DNA of 64,000 nucleotides from Auanema rhodensis (lineage: Eukaryota > Animalia > Nematoda), in contig OZ059896.1 in the NCBI GenBank assembly GCA_964057225.1, positions 9,920,001 through 9,984,000 on the forward strand. The letters are read 5' to 3'. Positions 39,992 through 53,500 of the stretch are shown piece by piece. Positions within the stretch are counted from its first letter, which is position 1. Each line of letters begins with the position of its first letter. The notes beneath the pieces were generated by a model. That model was not told where the DNA came from. It saw only the letters and a list, made by a program, of their open reading frames with translations, and did no database searches. Position numbers and translations under genes: made by a program.

Positions 39992-40512
39992 TATAATCAC
40001 GATTTCGTCACTTATAATATGTTTGCGACGAAAGAAACGTTGTAAAGAGCCAAGAAGTGAAGTAAGGCAGAATAAGGGCAGCCCTAAATCAGGATCACAC
40101 TCATTTCGAAATGAAACACGTTTGTGACTTATGTTCATAAAGCTTAAACTTATATTTTAAGGTTCGTTTAGTAGTCGACAGCACCAAAAGGTGGAAAAGA
40201 AAGAGAAACATAGAAAAGAGAAGAAAGAACACAGTGCTAAAAAAGAATCATTCAAATTTTCTGGAGAATATAAAAGTGATACATCTAAAATTGGTGAAGA
40301 AGATTCTTTGGATCAGTTAAAGCCTAGAAAACAACAAGCAAAGCGCAAGCAGGACGTGAGCAATTTTTTAAAACTTTGAACATTGCTGCTTTACAAGAAA
40401 TTTTCAGATTGGTAACAATTTAGTAAAAAATAAAGGAGAATATAAAACATGGAACGTTTATATGGAAAGCAGTGATTTTGACGAGACGGTTAATGATGAG
40501 AAGAAACAATAA
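39992..40512 (+). CDS. Small Lys-rich protein with hydrophobic N-terminus; first exon not found
   Basis: Exons 39992-40119, 40162-40355, ~40408-40512, phase-consistent: IITISSLIICLRRKKRCK...KTWNVYMESSDFDETVNDEKKQ*. Starts at a phase-2 TTTCAG acceptor with no upstream ATG exon. Confidence 0.6.
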
Positions 40513-40919
40513 TGGCATACTGTAGATTACGATATCGTTAAAAAATACGTGACAGACAGTACTGTAAAGTATGCTCTGCGAATCACATTGTATATCCCAA
40601 AGTTGCCAAATTTTAAAATTAATATTGATTAGTAGCAAACAATAATTACTACATGTTATTTTTTTTAACTATGCTAGTATGATTTAATTCTTAAATTTCA
40701 GCTTATCTGGTCTCATTGCGAAAGTTTATCAAAAATAAATCTTATTTTTAGCGACTTCTTTAATCATTGATTACTAAACGTATTTGGTTTTTTTCATCTT
40801 TTACTGTATATTATTTGTGATAGTTATTAACTATTCAAATATATTAATGTAGAAAATATTTTTTGTTGTTGTTTTGTTTTAAAAAAAACGTTTTATATAT
40901 CTATATTATCAGGGAAACC

Positions 40920-43291
40920 ATGTCCTCCAGCAATGAGAGGTATGTCTAGTTTTACGAAAAATCTAATTTTTATTTAAGAAGTTTAAAACGGAAACGAAGA
41001 ACAGCTACAACTAAGGATAATGACAAAGTCTAATTCTTTAAATCAGTCTCTGAGTGATCTCAATTTTTTTAGGTATTGCCTCCACCTCCTACTCCTCCTG
41101 GATTGTGCGGAGGTAAGTTAATTTTCGCTTTGATTAATAATGTTATTACTTATTGCAGATGGTTTGTAAAGTTTTCAGTTTTCAATATTTGATGTTTCCC
41201 GTTTTAGACGACAGCGATGGAGAAATTATTTGTCTTGGCGTTTTTCCGGTAAATCTTCATTTGTTATTCTTCATCATATTATTTTAGACCGAAGGTGCCA
41301 AGAAAGATAAAAAAACTGATGGAAAGTTTTCGATCTGCCCTGAAAGTTTAAATCACAAAGTCGATTCTAATGGAGCCAGTATGACACGCATTTAAAGGTG
41401 TTCACCAAATGAGAGTTAATGTTTTCAGATGAGGAACAAGAAGAATGCATGATTCTTGAAGTTTCAAAAAAGAATCCAGTCGTGGAAAACTACAATCCAG
41501 CAGAGATTACGGGGGATGATGATTGTATGGTTGTTGGCAGCGGGTAAAACTTAAAACAGTTTTTTTTGCTTATATTATATTCATTTAGACCAGAACTACA
41601 AACAAATTCTACCACACGGGTTAAACCTTTCAAATGTAAAAGTTGTAGTGCGGGATTTGTAACACAAAGTGGATTAAATATGCACGCAGCGTCTTCTCAC
41701 AAAACTGATGTTAGCATAGCAGAGCAGTTCTGTTCTCAGGTTATATTCAGAATTTATTCATGTTAACCTATATTCTACTAAGTTATTTTAGGATTTTGGA
41801 CTTCCAGTGGGGGATGTGATAACCTATGTATGTAGAACTTGTTGTGTGTGTTTTGAAGACAGTAAGAGATATAGTGAACATATCCAGGCTCACTTGTCGC
41901 TTTCACCATTCTTGTAAGCTTTTCATTAAGAATGTTATAATATGAATTTCTTTCAGCCAATGCAATTTCTGCAGTGGAACTCAAGTCTGTGCCAAAGATT
42001 TAGAGCGACACCACGAGAGACATATGAGTAAAATTTTACCTGAACCTTTTAAATATATGTGTGTGCACTGCGAAAAACCAACATCTTTCCTAAAGGTCGG
42101 CTGACTTGAGCGATCCATTGCAAAAAATTTTTTTAGGAATCTTCTTTCATATACCATCTTGCTACAACACATAACGCTCCTATTTATGTGTTTTGTAAAT
42201 CGTGCGGTGCTGGTTCTTGTCAAGGGAGCACTATCATTAAGCATGTTAAAGAAGGCAAATGTAAGAGGCAAATGGTTAGTTACATGTTGCGTAATTCGAA
42301 AAAGCCAATTTTTAGATGCCATCTACCATGAACATTGGTTTTACGATAGCAACAGACTTGAAACTTGAACCGAGAGATGAGAAGCTGCACTTGGCTACTC
42401 TAAATGCTTTTCCTGTACGCAGCTGGTACTAATTGTTTTACTTAAGCTTGTTATTTTAGAATAATTTCCTAACATTGTCACCATGTACTCACCGGACATT
42501 CATTAGATTCGGAAACGTGTTCACTTCTTGTCCAGATGAAACAACTTCTGGCAAATGTTTTGGAATCGTAAAAAGAGTTTTCACTCTTCAATTATAATTC
42601 TTAATTTTCAGGTGAATAGCCATAGATGGCAGACTATAATGGCTGCCAAAGAGTCGAACGGCATTTGCGATGATTCCATTTTGAACAGATATCGAAACAA
42701 TGAAAATAAAGACGCCGACGCGTTAGATTATTTAACATATTTAATGAATAACCCTGGTTAAGCATATCTGTTAATTTAATTTAATAAATTCTTTTTAGTG
42801 CCATCTAAGCCTATTCCTCCTCGCCTTTCCGCTGCACATAGAAAACTAGCTGGAGTTAAGAATAATCAAATTAATACAGATAAAGTATATATTTTTTAAT
42901 TTGCTTATTGAATTCTCTTTTGATAGATGATACAATGCTTTTTCTGCAAGAAGCGATTACCTATTGTTAGTTGTGCACTGGCATCAATGATAAATACACA
43001 GAGATTATGCCATCAAATTGCTTACTTACCAGATTTCAAAACAAGTAATACATCTCCTACAGTTTTTTCCAATTTGATGAAAAAATTGAAAGGTAGATTA
43101 CTGGTAAAATAATTATGATCCTAACTATCAATACTGCAGTAGCAGGATACCAAGCATCAGATGATCAGCCGGTTGTTCCATTTTGTAAAGAACACTTCGA
43201 TAAATCAATGGTCGGTAATGATAGTGTGGTAACAAGTATGGCTATTTTGAAAGTTGATAATAATGAAAATTTGCGTGCCTTTGTGAGCTAA
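40920..43291 (+). CDS. Multi-exon C2H2 zinc-finger protein
   Basis: About 5 fingers after splicing (CKSC..LNMHAASSH; CRTC..YSEHIQAH; CNFC..LERHHERH; CVHC..YHLATTH; CKSC..IKHVKE). N-terminal KRKRR NLS-like motif and SIM-like motifs. Confidence 0.85.
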
Positions 43292-43774
43292 GTTTAACTT
43301 TTCATATATATTTTTATTGCTGCTTGTATTGATATGCCTTCAATTTTAATATTTCTGCTACTTTTCTGTAACTAAATTTGCACCTGCATTGTTACAAATG
43401 CTTTTCCCATCTTCAAATTAACAAGTATCTTTAATCGATTTTAAAAATCTGTAGTTTAGTGAACATGTGGTTTTTTTGAACCGCATATTATATTTTATTT
43501 CTTCTTGTTATTAATTTTTCCTCACCCAATATAAATCTAACTCTTTAATGATATTTTGTTAGAAATACGGAATTCAATGCTGTATATGTCTAACTATACT
43601 TTTTCATTCCATTTTGTTTTATAAGAAGTAAAATTCCATGTTCAATGTATGGTTAGTTTTGAAGTATTTTTATGCATTCAAATTTATTTTAGTTCATTGC
43701 TGGTGATTGAGATTTAGTGTAAAATTCGATATTGGAGATCAGTTGAGCCGCATGGGTCGTAATTGTTTTATCGA

Positions 43775-45202
43775 TTAGTTCCACATTTGTTTTAGTTGTG
43801 AGAAATATAGAGTAGCTTCCTCGTCGCTGTTGGGATAGTTTGCGGTATTGCTGAATAATTTTATTTAAAAAATTGTTTCGCTATTAGTTTATACCTAGTA
43901 ATGGGCCGAGTGTGAGATGGCTGTTCCGTGGCTTTAAAGTAACTAGCTGGCATTAGTTTGAGAGAAATTATGAATATAGATGGTGTACTAAAGATTTCAT
44001 AATTATAATGAGCCGGCGTACAATATTCTTACGAAGCTATCAGAAGTTCCATTAGTAGAACAAAAAATGGAGTAATTGATTTACCCCAAATCACAAATTG
44101 CATAAATATGCCCATAATTAACACTGTTGTAACATTGAAGCAAATAATGAAAAAAAATACTCTTGTAATCTGCAATTTTTAAAATGCATTAGTGTTTGCC
44201 ATTTTTGAAAGCATACCTTCAATACACGAGCGTTTTCTTTTAATTGATAGCGTTGACTTAAAGCATAATCACGGTAGGACCGTAGTTTTTCAACTGTGTG
44301 AAGCATCCTCATGTTACACCAAATCAGAACGTTTATCCACTGCATTAAAAAATATTTTTAGTAAAAAAATGAATTCATACAGCAAATGATATCCCTATTA
44401 TAGCATATCCTATGATAAAGCAGGTGATCAAATCCATTCTAAGCTTAGTTGTGTTGATTGACATATGTGTTGTAATCAAAAACTTCAAGATTATTAAAAA
44501 AACCGACAAAGCTATAAATGATAAATGTACTTGGATATGTTTATATATAATCATATAAACATACAAGCATTTCTTTTATTTTCGTAATGTCTTATACTTA
44601 ATGTTGCCCATGTTCTCTCAATTACAACAGCAAAAATAATGAACCAGGATGACCAAAGACGATGAAGTTTAACTATACCGCATACCACAAGCAAATAATC
44701 GTCACTGGATTCAACTGCAATAGATCTTATTTCTATTATTTAATTTTAAATTTCTTACATCCTATATATATCCATCCGACTTGATAGCACATGAGTAATA
44801 ATTGTGCAACAAAAAAAGCATTATATTCCAATAGATGACAAAAATAGATCCATTTCAAGTTCTTATGAATGCTGCTCATATTATAAGCTTTATAAGTTAG
44901 CATTCCATTGACAGCAGCGTTTAAACAAAGAATAACTACTTCCATTTCCATTAAAACAGTAAATAAAGGTAATAGAGGAATTTTATCTAATTGCCTCCTA
45001 GAAAATATGAAAATCAGAAATATTTTGTCACTGTAGACTAAATTAACTTACCAGTCAATATATAACGGTATGTAAAAGGTATTATCAGAATAAGTTGAGA
45101 AATCTGTGATGTTGCGTCTAAAAACGATGTTTTTTTGAAAACAAGAAGATTTTTCTTTAATAGTGAAACTTACGCCCAGAGCACACGCCAACGTGCCGAC
45201 AT
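43775..45202 (-). CDS. Serpentine chemoreceptor, Sre-like (Sra superfamily)
   Basis: Spliced model MSARWRVLW..FYIPLY..IERTWATLSIRHYE..YALSQRYQLKENARVL..YFSQLKQMWN*, with multiple TM segments. Confidence 0.85.
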
Positions 45203-45984
45203 TTTGGAAACCTACTAGAAGAAATGATGAGAATTCACTTAAATTCCAATATTGCTTAATCTGGGACACTATTATATTTTCTTCATTTCGAATGATTATT
45301 CATTAAACATTGGCTTTAATTAAAGAACTTTAAGAATGACGTTGAGATTATTCTTCATTCTTATTTGTTTTTCAATTAAAACATTTAAATATCCAGACAA
45401 TTGGGCAATATTCAATATATTAAATGAATGAATCCTATTATACAATAACTCGCTCACGCAACAATTCTATGAACATACAAACTTATAGAAGCTTTTACAA
45501 GTTTGTATGTAGTTAATTATGATGTTCAATGATGAATAGTAATGTATATTCAAAATAATATACATTTTTTTGTATTTGATGATTAATTACCTCATAACTC
45601 TTACAAGAACTTAATGGTTGTACTTTATTTTAATTGCAAGCAGAGTTGCCAAATATATTTATTTGTTCCCCTACCCTTGACTATTGGGATGCTGATGCCT
45701 TTTAGTTCAAATTTCCTCGAAAAGTTTAACTTTCTATGATTTCACTTGTGTTCAGAAACGTTTATCTTTGTGAATTTCGGACTTTCTGAAAATTTTCTGA
45801 GAGAAAATATAACCACATGTTTTCTCTCTGTAGAAGAGACAGCTGAAGTTCGCATTAGAAGAAAAAGAAAAGATTACGAATAGCTTGTCCTGGAAGAAGA
45901 AAGAGTGAAAGAGAATAGGGCGGATCTGAGAGATATGTCGGTCGTAAGCTTTTCTGCCAATTGACTAGGTGTGTGCAAAACACC

Positions 45985-48900
45985 ATGGACGACGATGAAG
46001 ATATTGCATGGATTAGAGAAGATACTACTACTCAGGTACTAATTATTTCTATTACGAGTAACTTAATATTAGTATAGGATACAACTTTGATTTATATTTA
46101 CAGGTAAATAACGATGATACAAAACCAGAAGTTGCAGTTGTTCCAACTCCTATTATAACTATACAGTCGGCACCAACTCCACCACCTACTACAGATATTG
46201 CTGACGAATTTAATTGTATATTCAAACTTAGAATATTTAAACTTCTATCAAAAACTTATAGATTCAAATGAGCCTGAGCCTGCTCAGTCGGTTAATAATC
46301 CACCACCAACCACTGAGAATGTTCAATCAATTTCTACCACCGTAGCTCCTGCTCCAGATTCTATTCCTAATAATGAAAATAATTCACAGTCAGGAGAGAA
46401 GTCTACTTCATCGGATTGCTCCAAATTTGATATAAGTTAGTATTCAAATTTAAAATATGCCGCTACCCTAAATGATATCCAGATTTTCTAAAATTTCAAT
46501 TTCGAAATGCTTTCGGTCTTACTTTTAAAGCTTCAAATCTACATATAGCAAAACTTCCTCAGCAGACAAACTTTAAAACATTTTTAAGTTGGTTTTGTGA
46601 TATGTGGAACATTCATTTAAGCGCGCAAGCATATATTTTTCTTTAAGTAAAACCTATTATTGTTCTATTGCTTTATCTATACATATACGTTCTAAAATCA
46701 TATCTTTGATAAACCCGAACCAATCATTTTCAATATTATCACATTTTTTTTAGATGAATATGAGAAGAAGCTAAATGCTACGACACATGAAGCGTTGAAA
46801 TTGTTGGATCAAATTGGAGCAAAGTCTACTCAACTTATAGAACAAAACAAGCAAATTACACAAGAGTATAAATATTAATAACAACAACTTCAAACAATAT
46901 TCTATTTCTATTCAGCTTGACAGTTCAAAATGAGGAATTGCTAAATCAGGATAATAGTATTCGACATAAAACCATTGAAGATCATGTACAAGTTCCAACT
47001 ATTTCTCAACTTCCTTCAGGAGGGTATGTTATTACTATTAATACAAATAATTGTGAATATCAAAGCATCTGATTTTTATTTCTTTTTTCCTACCTATTTG
47101 TCGATATTCATTTGTTATCCTTGAGTGAAAAGGCTTCTGTTCAACTAAAATGACAACTGACTCTTAGAAGTATGTCCTTCCCACCCACGCAATCAGCAGC
47201 TCAAAATAGCGTGGAAGAAAGCAAGACCCAGAAATATTTAATATTTCTTAATTTCTTTAAAGACTTACCGAATATAGTGAAATACTTATTCAGTTTTATC
47301 TTAAAGTTTAAGAAGTACAATAAATTTTTTTTTGTAGTAATCGCCTATTCAATTATAATTCTGCCCTTAAAAAAATTAGTCTGATGAATTTTTAAATTAT
47401 TTTGCATGTAAAGCTGAAGAAACAAGAAGAATAATGTAATTTTAATATTGAGTTCATTTTCCAATATTTCGATCAATTTGATACTTCCAGTATTTTTTTT
47501 ATTTCTTCAACAATGGAGAATCAAAAATGATATGAAGACGATGAAAAAAAGTGATATTTCTAGAACATACGAATAATCAAACTTTTCAATTTTATTTCTA
47601 ATTTTTAGTCTTTTGAACATATTGAGCCAATTTATACAACCTATAAAATATTTTTTAATATCTAAAAATGATCTAAAGATCAAATATGATAATTCTACGA
47701 AATTTTGTTTTTTTCAGATTACCTCGAAACGTGGAGTCAGTTTTAATTGGAGGCCTAGAAGCAGTTACGGGATGTGTCGTTCTGCCAACAGGGCTTATCT
47801 TGATTACTGATGCTGTTCAAGGAATTCAATTATTTGATATTGAAGGAAATGTTGTTCGAAAGGTTTTTTTAATTCAAAAGTCAATCAACAGCTTATTCAC
47901 ACAATTGATATTCAGGTTTCTAATCCAGACTGGCACAACCCTCGAAGTCCTTTGTCACATAAGGATCATATATTGGTATGCGAAACTCAGCTGATTAGTT
48001 TTTGAGGAAGTCAGACGTAAAAGAACATCTGAAATGACATAATAGAATAATACAAGATGGGCATACATTTTTTAGAAAAAATAATAACAATGATCCAACT
48101 ACTTTCAGCAGTATTTCAAAGAAAACAAAATATCATAATGTGACATATAGCAGCAAAGCAAAAAAAGAAAAACATTATTCAAAAAAATTAATTAATTATT
48201 CTTTTCTTTAAAATATTTAATTAGAACATCGATCTCTTCTCATTGAAACATTTCAGCTTCTGGCGGATGTCAAGATAGAAGGCGAATATCTTCGACATAT
48301 TTTAAAATTCACTGCGAATTTGGAATATGTTGCTAAAATTGAAGGACCACAATGGCTTGTTGGACGAAATATTCTGTCAGATAGGCTATCTATAGCTCAT
48401 ACCGATTACTTATACCTATCAGCATGTGGTCAGGTAAGTATTCCAATATTGAATAACATAGCAACGCCGATATTTGAAGATTTCATCTGCCATATATGAA
48501 TTAAGTCCTGTTGGTCAATGGACTGAGCTTGATTTTCGTCAATCAGAGTCTTATATTGATATGTTAGCATTTGCTACAATTGGTACTATTACTCAATTAT
48601 TGGTTGTAGAAGGTTAATTTTTACTATTGAATAAGAAAAACAATGCCTATTGTTCATTTTCTGTTTTTTCCAACTATTTTATAAGATATCATATAATTTT
48701 CTTATTATAGGAAGAAAAAACTATGTTCTTCAGTTATCCATTCGGGAATCCCAGGTTGTAGATCGACGACGTCTTGCTATCTGCCAAAGACCTGGTGCTT
48801 TAGCAAAGGACGATGCAGGTTTTTAACATTGCTAATGCTAATGAAAACAATGTATGTTACCTAGGTCGTTTGTTCGTTGCCGATAAAGCAACCGCCTGTA

Positions 48901-49046
48901 TTCATCTTGTCGATACGGTTCAATGGGTTTCTGATAAAAATTTAGCTTGCACAGAATCAGTTGTACCGTACTTTAATGCCAAATGGGGCTTACTTGCTAT
49001 ACCTGTTAAAACAGCAGTGCGTCTTCAGAAGTACTCTTTCCGTTGA
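45985..49046 (+). CDS. Protein with low-complexity N-terminus, coiled coil and C-terminal NHL-like beta-propeller
   Basis: Starts MDDDEDIAWIRE, then P/T/S-rich exons and a helical exon at ~46755. Blades such as VTGCVVLPTGLILITDAVQGIQLFDIEGNVVRK and RPGALAKDDAGRLFVADK. Stop at 49046. Confidence 0.75.
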
Positions 49047-50523
49047 AAGCTAAACCATTCGGGTATTTCATGTTGCACTCCCGTTGTAATCATTTTTGAA
49101 TATAATTAAATAATAACTAATGAATTTCATATAAGTTTTTTCATGTTTTGCGTTACATGGACCAAAAATTGATCAGCAAATTATTGCGATATACTAAAAA
49201 AGACAAGTTTATAATATATATCTTTATACATGTTTAAAAATAAAGGACAAAATTTAGTTGCATGAAATCAGTGACAAAAGCTTGGCCTAAATAGTCTATA
49301 TCACGATTAAATGATTAAAAAGATGCAAGAAATAAGTATATGTAAATAATTGTAGCTCTCAAATAAACTAAACCCGATAGCTTTTTCTCATTGCCTATAT
49401 ATGCTGACATCTCAGTTGAGAAATATGTTATTGATCTATATGGAGCATTTTGTCCAATCACAGGATGGTTTAAGACGCTTTACATAGAACTCTGATAAAT
49501 TAAACAAGGAGGCAACATACATTAGGTTATTGTGCTTATTTCTGTTAAAAATACTCTTACTCACGATTGAATAACTTTCTTAAATATGATAAACCAACTA
49601 AGAAATGGCAAAAGAAGTATACTCACTAGGAAACAAAAACAGAAAATTTTTTGAACTTATTTAAGATATAAGGCAAAGTCACTACCAGCGCATACTACCG
49701 TACGAAAAAAATTACTTGGCCCGTTATGATAAAAAAAGATCTAGAACAGTTGGAGAGAGCATATAAGGTACAAGGTATGACACCAAGTACATGAACGGGA
49801 CTGGAAAATGAGAATTCAAGGCTTCCAGTAAAATTGGGTTATTAAACATTAGAAAATAAATCAGTTGAACTATAGGGAACTAAATACAACGAAATAGTTA
49901 ATAGAATTGGGGAAATCACAAAACATAAACACTATTATCACACGGGTACATGAGCATTCAGTCAAATAAACTGAGAAATATGAATATGTGCAAAAGGCGA
50001 AAATGGGAAAGAATAGATCATAAATGGCAGAAGACAGGGTAGTCAGGAGCAAGTAATAAACCGCGTTTCGATAAAAACACCAATTTTTTGCGTAATTTCA
50101 AGTCAAATGAGGACAAATAAAATTTCTAATTAAAATTCTTCTATACTTTAACATTGATAGAGAATGAAATAAAAAAACATAGACAATGTACGATTGATGA
50201 TGACTTTGAAGAACTGATTATCAGTTACAGTTGTATGACTTTGTCATATATGCGGAATTATATTATGAAGAGTAAAGAACATGATATGTGTTGAATGTAG
50301 AGGCTGTAGGATGACTAATGCCTAATAAACAGGCATATAGCAGCGCAGAAAGAACAATAACAATTAGGAATAAATAAATGCAAAAAAAAAATAAATATAG
50401 AGAATAATGAGGAAGGAAAGGAGAGTGGAAGCAGAAGCTCTTACCAAAGCACGTGATATGATATGTATTTTAAGTAGATCAGCTCTTGGCATTAGGGATG
50501 CCACAGTTTATTTTTTCCGTTAA

Positions 50524-53500
50524 CTATACACTACTCATACTGGGTAGTTCCGGTGCAGGACGTTCAGATGAAAGAGATGTCCCTTTTCTTCCACTACGCT
50601 TATATTCCTCCTCTTTGGATATCAGTTCTGCTATAGCAGTCTGAAATTGGAGATATTTTGATACAGATCTGATATTTATTAATAGAATTATAGATTATGC
50701 CAGTGGTAACCATATTATATAGCATAATATGAAAAATAAGTTGTTTTTAAAAAAACATTTTCTATGCTTTGTATATAATACGTGTAAACAAATATTATCT
50801 ACATGAGAAGCCAAATAGTATTTTATAAATATAGAATTCGTACATACCTGAACTCGTTTAACATGACCTATCTTAACTATGCCTAAATCTTTAAAATCCG
50901 ATCTTTCCAGCATTCGCAGTTCTCGCCCTCTCACGTCGTTTTGCTTAAATTGGGTGGAATACTGAGAAAATCCCAGAGAATTGAGCCACGTGCATACTTC
51001 GTCCACGGACCAAGTTGATACTGAACATAAATCAGGCGATATTGAATAAATTTTTCTCATACCTGGTGTGCTAGGTGATCCTGTTCGCTTTTTCCATTGC
51101 TTGCTAAGCCAAGCAGCAAATCTGCTTCTTTTTTTACCACTAGACGGTTCGTTTGGCTGCAATTCACGCAAAGCCGCTTCTTCTCGGCTCATTTCTTGTC
51201 GAATACAACTCATAACATATCTCCAATGATCAGGCTCATCTCCCTGAAATAATACTACTACTAGTATATTTCCTTTTCCTCGCCTCAATCATATTGGCTA
51301 ATATTCTATTTAATATGATGTGTCACACATTCACATCTTTCTTCCCGCATTTAGAAATTAAAAATTAGAAAAAAAGTTTACATATTTAAAAAAAGATGGA
51401 ATTGAAGAAAAACTGGAAAATAGAACCGGAAAGCTGACTTACATGGACTTCAAAGGAGAAATGAGGGGCGGGGCCTAAGCGAGGCTGGTTGGCTGGAACT
51501 TTGCTTGGTTCGGACCAGCCAAAGTGATCCTCCAAATGGTCGGCTACCTGCTCTACCGCAGCTAGAACATCTTCTCTGGTAGCTCGACCTTCTGATATAC
51601 TTGTACTATCAGTCTGAAAATGTATTATTAAGTATACTTTATTTCTCTACGTTATTCAATTTTATTTTTGTTTGTATGAGAATGTATTTATGTTAAAGCT
51701 TAATCATGTGACAATTCGCGATTTTCTGTTTTGAGCTTTAAAAATAGAATTTAAGCACTTAAGGTCATACCTTTCTTTCATTTTTCATACCCAACTAACT
51801 CTTTAAAACTGTGAATATCTGTTTTGTTAACGTAACTAGGCATCTCATGCCCTGAAAAGAAGCTTTTTGCCATTTCCTGCAAGAGCAAATAAAGCGCTGT
51901 TAGGCCATTTTCCTTTATTTCTACATAAGGCAAAACCCAAAAGCAGCAGCAAGCTCAAAATGAAAAGAATTCTTAGATTAAATATAAAAAGGTAATAACT
52001 TTTGCTCCGGATGCAAACTTAATAATCTATTAAACCGAATTAAATGTTTGCTTACAGCTTCATCAAAAGGATCACTATGAAACATTTTCAGGCTGATTAA
52101 ACAGCTAATATATTTTGAAGATGCTCTGAGAACTGCTTGAGGTTTCAAGATTACTTATGTTTTAAAGTTTTCTCGTGTTGAGGCAGACACCATGACCCTA
52201 GAGAAAAATCTGAAACGAATACAGATTCTCAGTTGTGCTTCACTACTGTTTCCATTTGTTTTTTAAACCCAACGGGATTGGCAGACATGAAAAGGGTTAT
52301 TGAAAAAACAACTATTTGAATTTTTTTATCAATTTAAAAAAAAAACTTTGCTAAAATTTAACCCAAGATTGCTCATAACATTAAATTAAAACCATGATTT
52401 TCCTCCAACACTTTTATTCATACTCAATTTTCACTCTGGAGAAAAAAGTCAAACAAAAGACCGTAGATATCCCATGTCACCATACGCGTCTCGCTTTTTG
52501 ATGCTGATTGCAACATCTCCCGGGGAAAGTTTGTTGAATCCTACGCTTTGGATAGAGGCATCTATTCACTTAGGTTTCAAGCTAGAATTCACTTTCGCTA
52601 CAAAGAGAAAAAACAACACATTGAAATTTAGCAGCTTTTTTCCTCAGTTAGAAGGGTGAAAGTGGTTGTGTCGTCAGCAACTACTGGCACAAGGTCTAAC
52701 TTCCCCACGACACACGCACATGCTCAGAAGTCCCGGACTCAATTTGCAATTCATCATAACGCAAATTTCCGATGAAGAATAATAATGAGCCGACCGGGCT
52801 TGGTCCCCTAATTTCCTCTTCTTTGACGATATGCTCATACTCAGAAGAATACCCGACTTTTCTTTCCAAGTTAATATCAAATTTCAGAACTAATAACCTG
52901 GCTATTGCATTACTCACATTCAAATAAACTTTCTATTATGACAATCTTAACAATAATATTCAGAAAAAAACAAGGAATATATTTTCTCATTAAAACTTTG
53001 TTTCAGCAGCACTCTGAATTCACTATTATTTCACTAGGCCTGGGTCTTCTAGCAAGAATGTTCCGATGAATACTCCATAACCACCAATGCTCGTGTGATT
53101 GTTTACGAAGAGTATGCATATCCCTTTATCCGACAATCACCTGCAGTCGTTTACGCTGCTTCCTCAAGAACGAGAGATCAAAAAACCATGGTTTGTTATC
53201 CTTACTCAACTAACTTCACTACAATATAAACCTGCATTTTAAACTATAAAATAAATTAAATTTTCAAAAATATAACTAAATAAAGTGTGCTTCTCAAATT
53301 CATCATTTAAATTCGTTTTTAAGCAAAGTCAAGAGAGCGCCTATCAATACGGCTCGCATCCTCGTGGGAGTAGAGGTAATTCTGAGCCTAAGCTTTCATA
53401 TTGCTATGTGGATTAGCGCAAAGAAAGGTCATTGGATTCATATAGTCTTAGCCATCATAGTCGGCATTAATCTTCTGGCTGCTGCACGGTTACTTACACG

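Noticed and set aside
52474-52923. Short ORFs in the DGK intron upstream of the nested gene
   Set aside because: Could not be spliced in phase to either gene.
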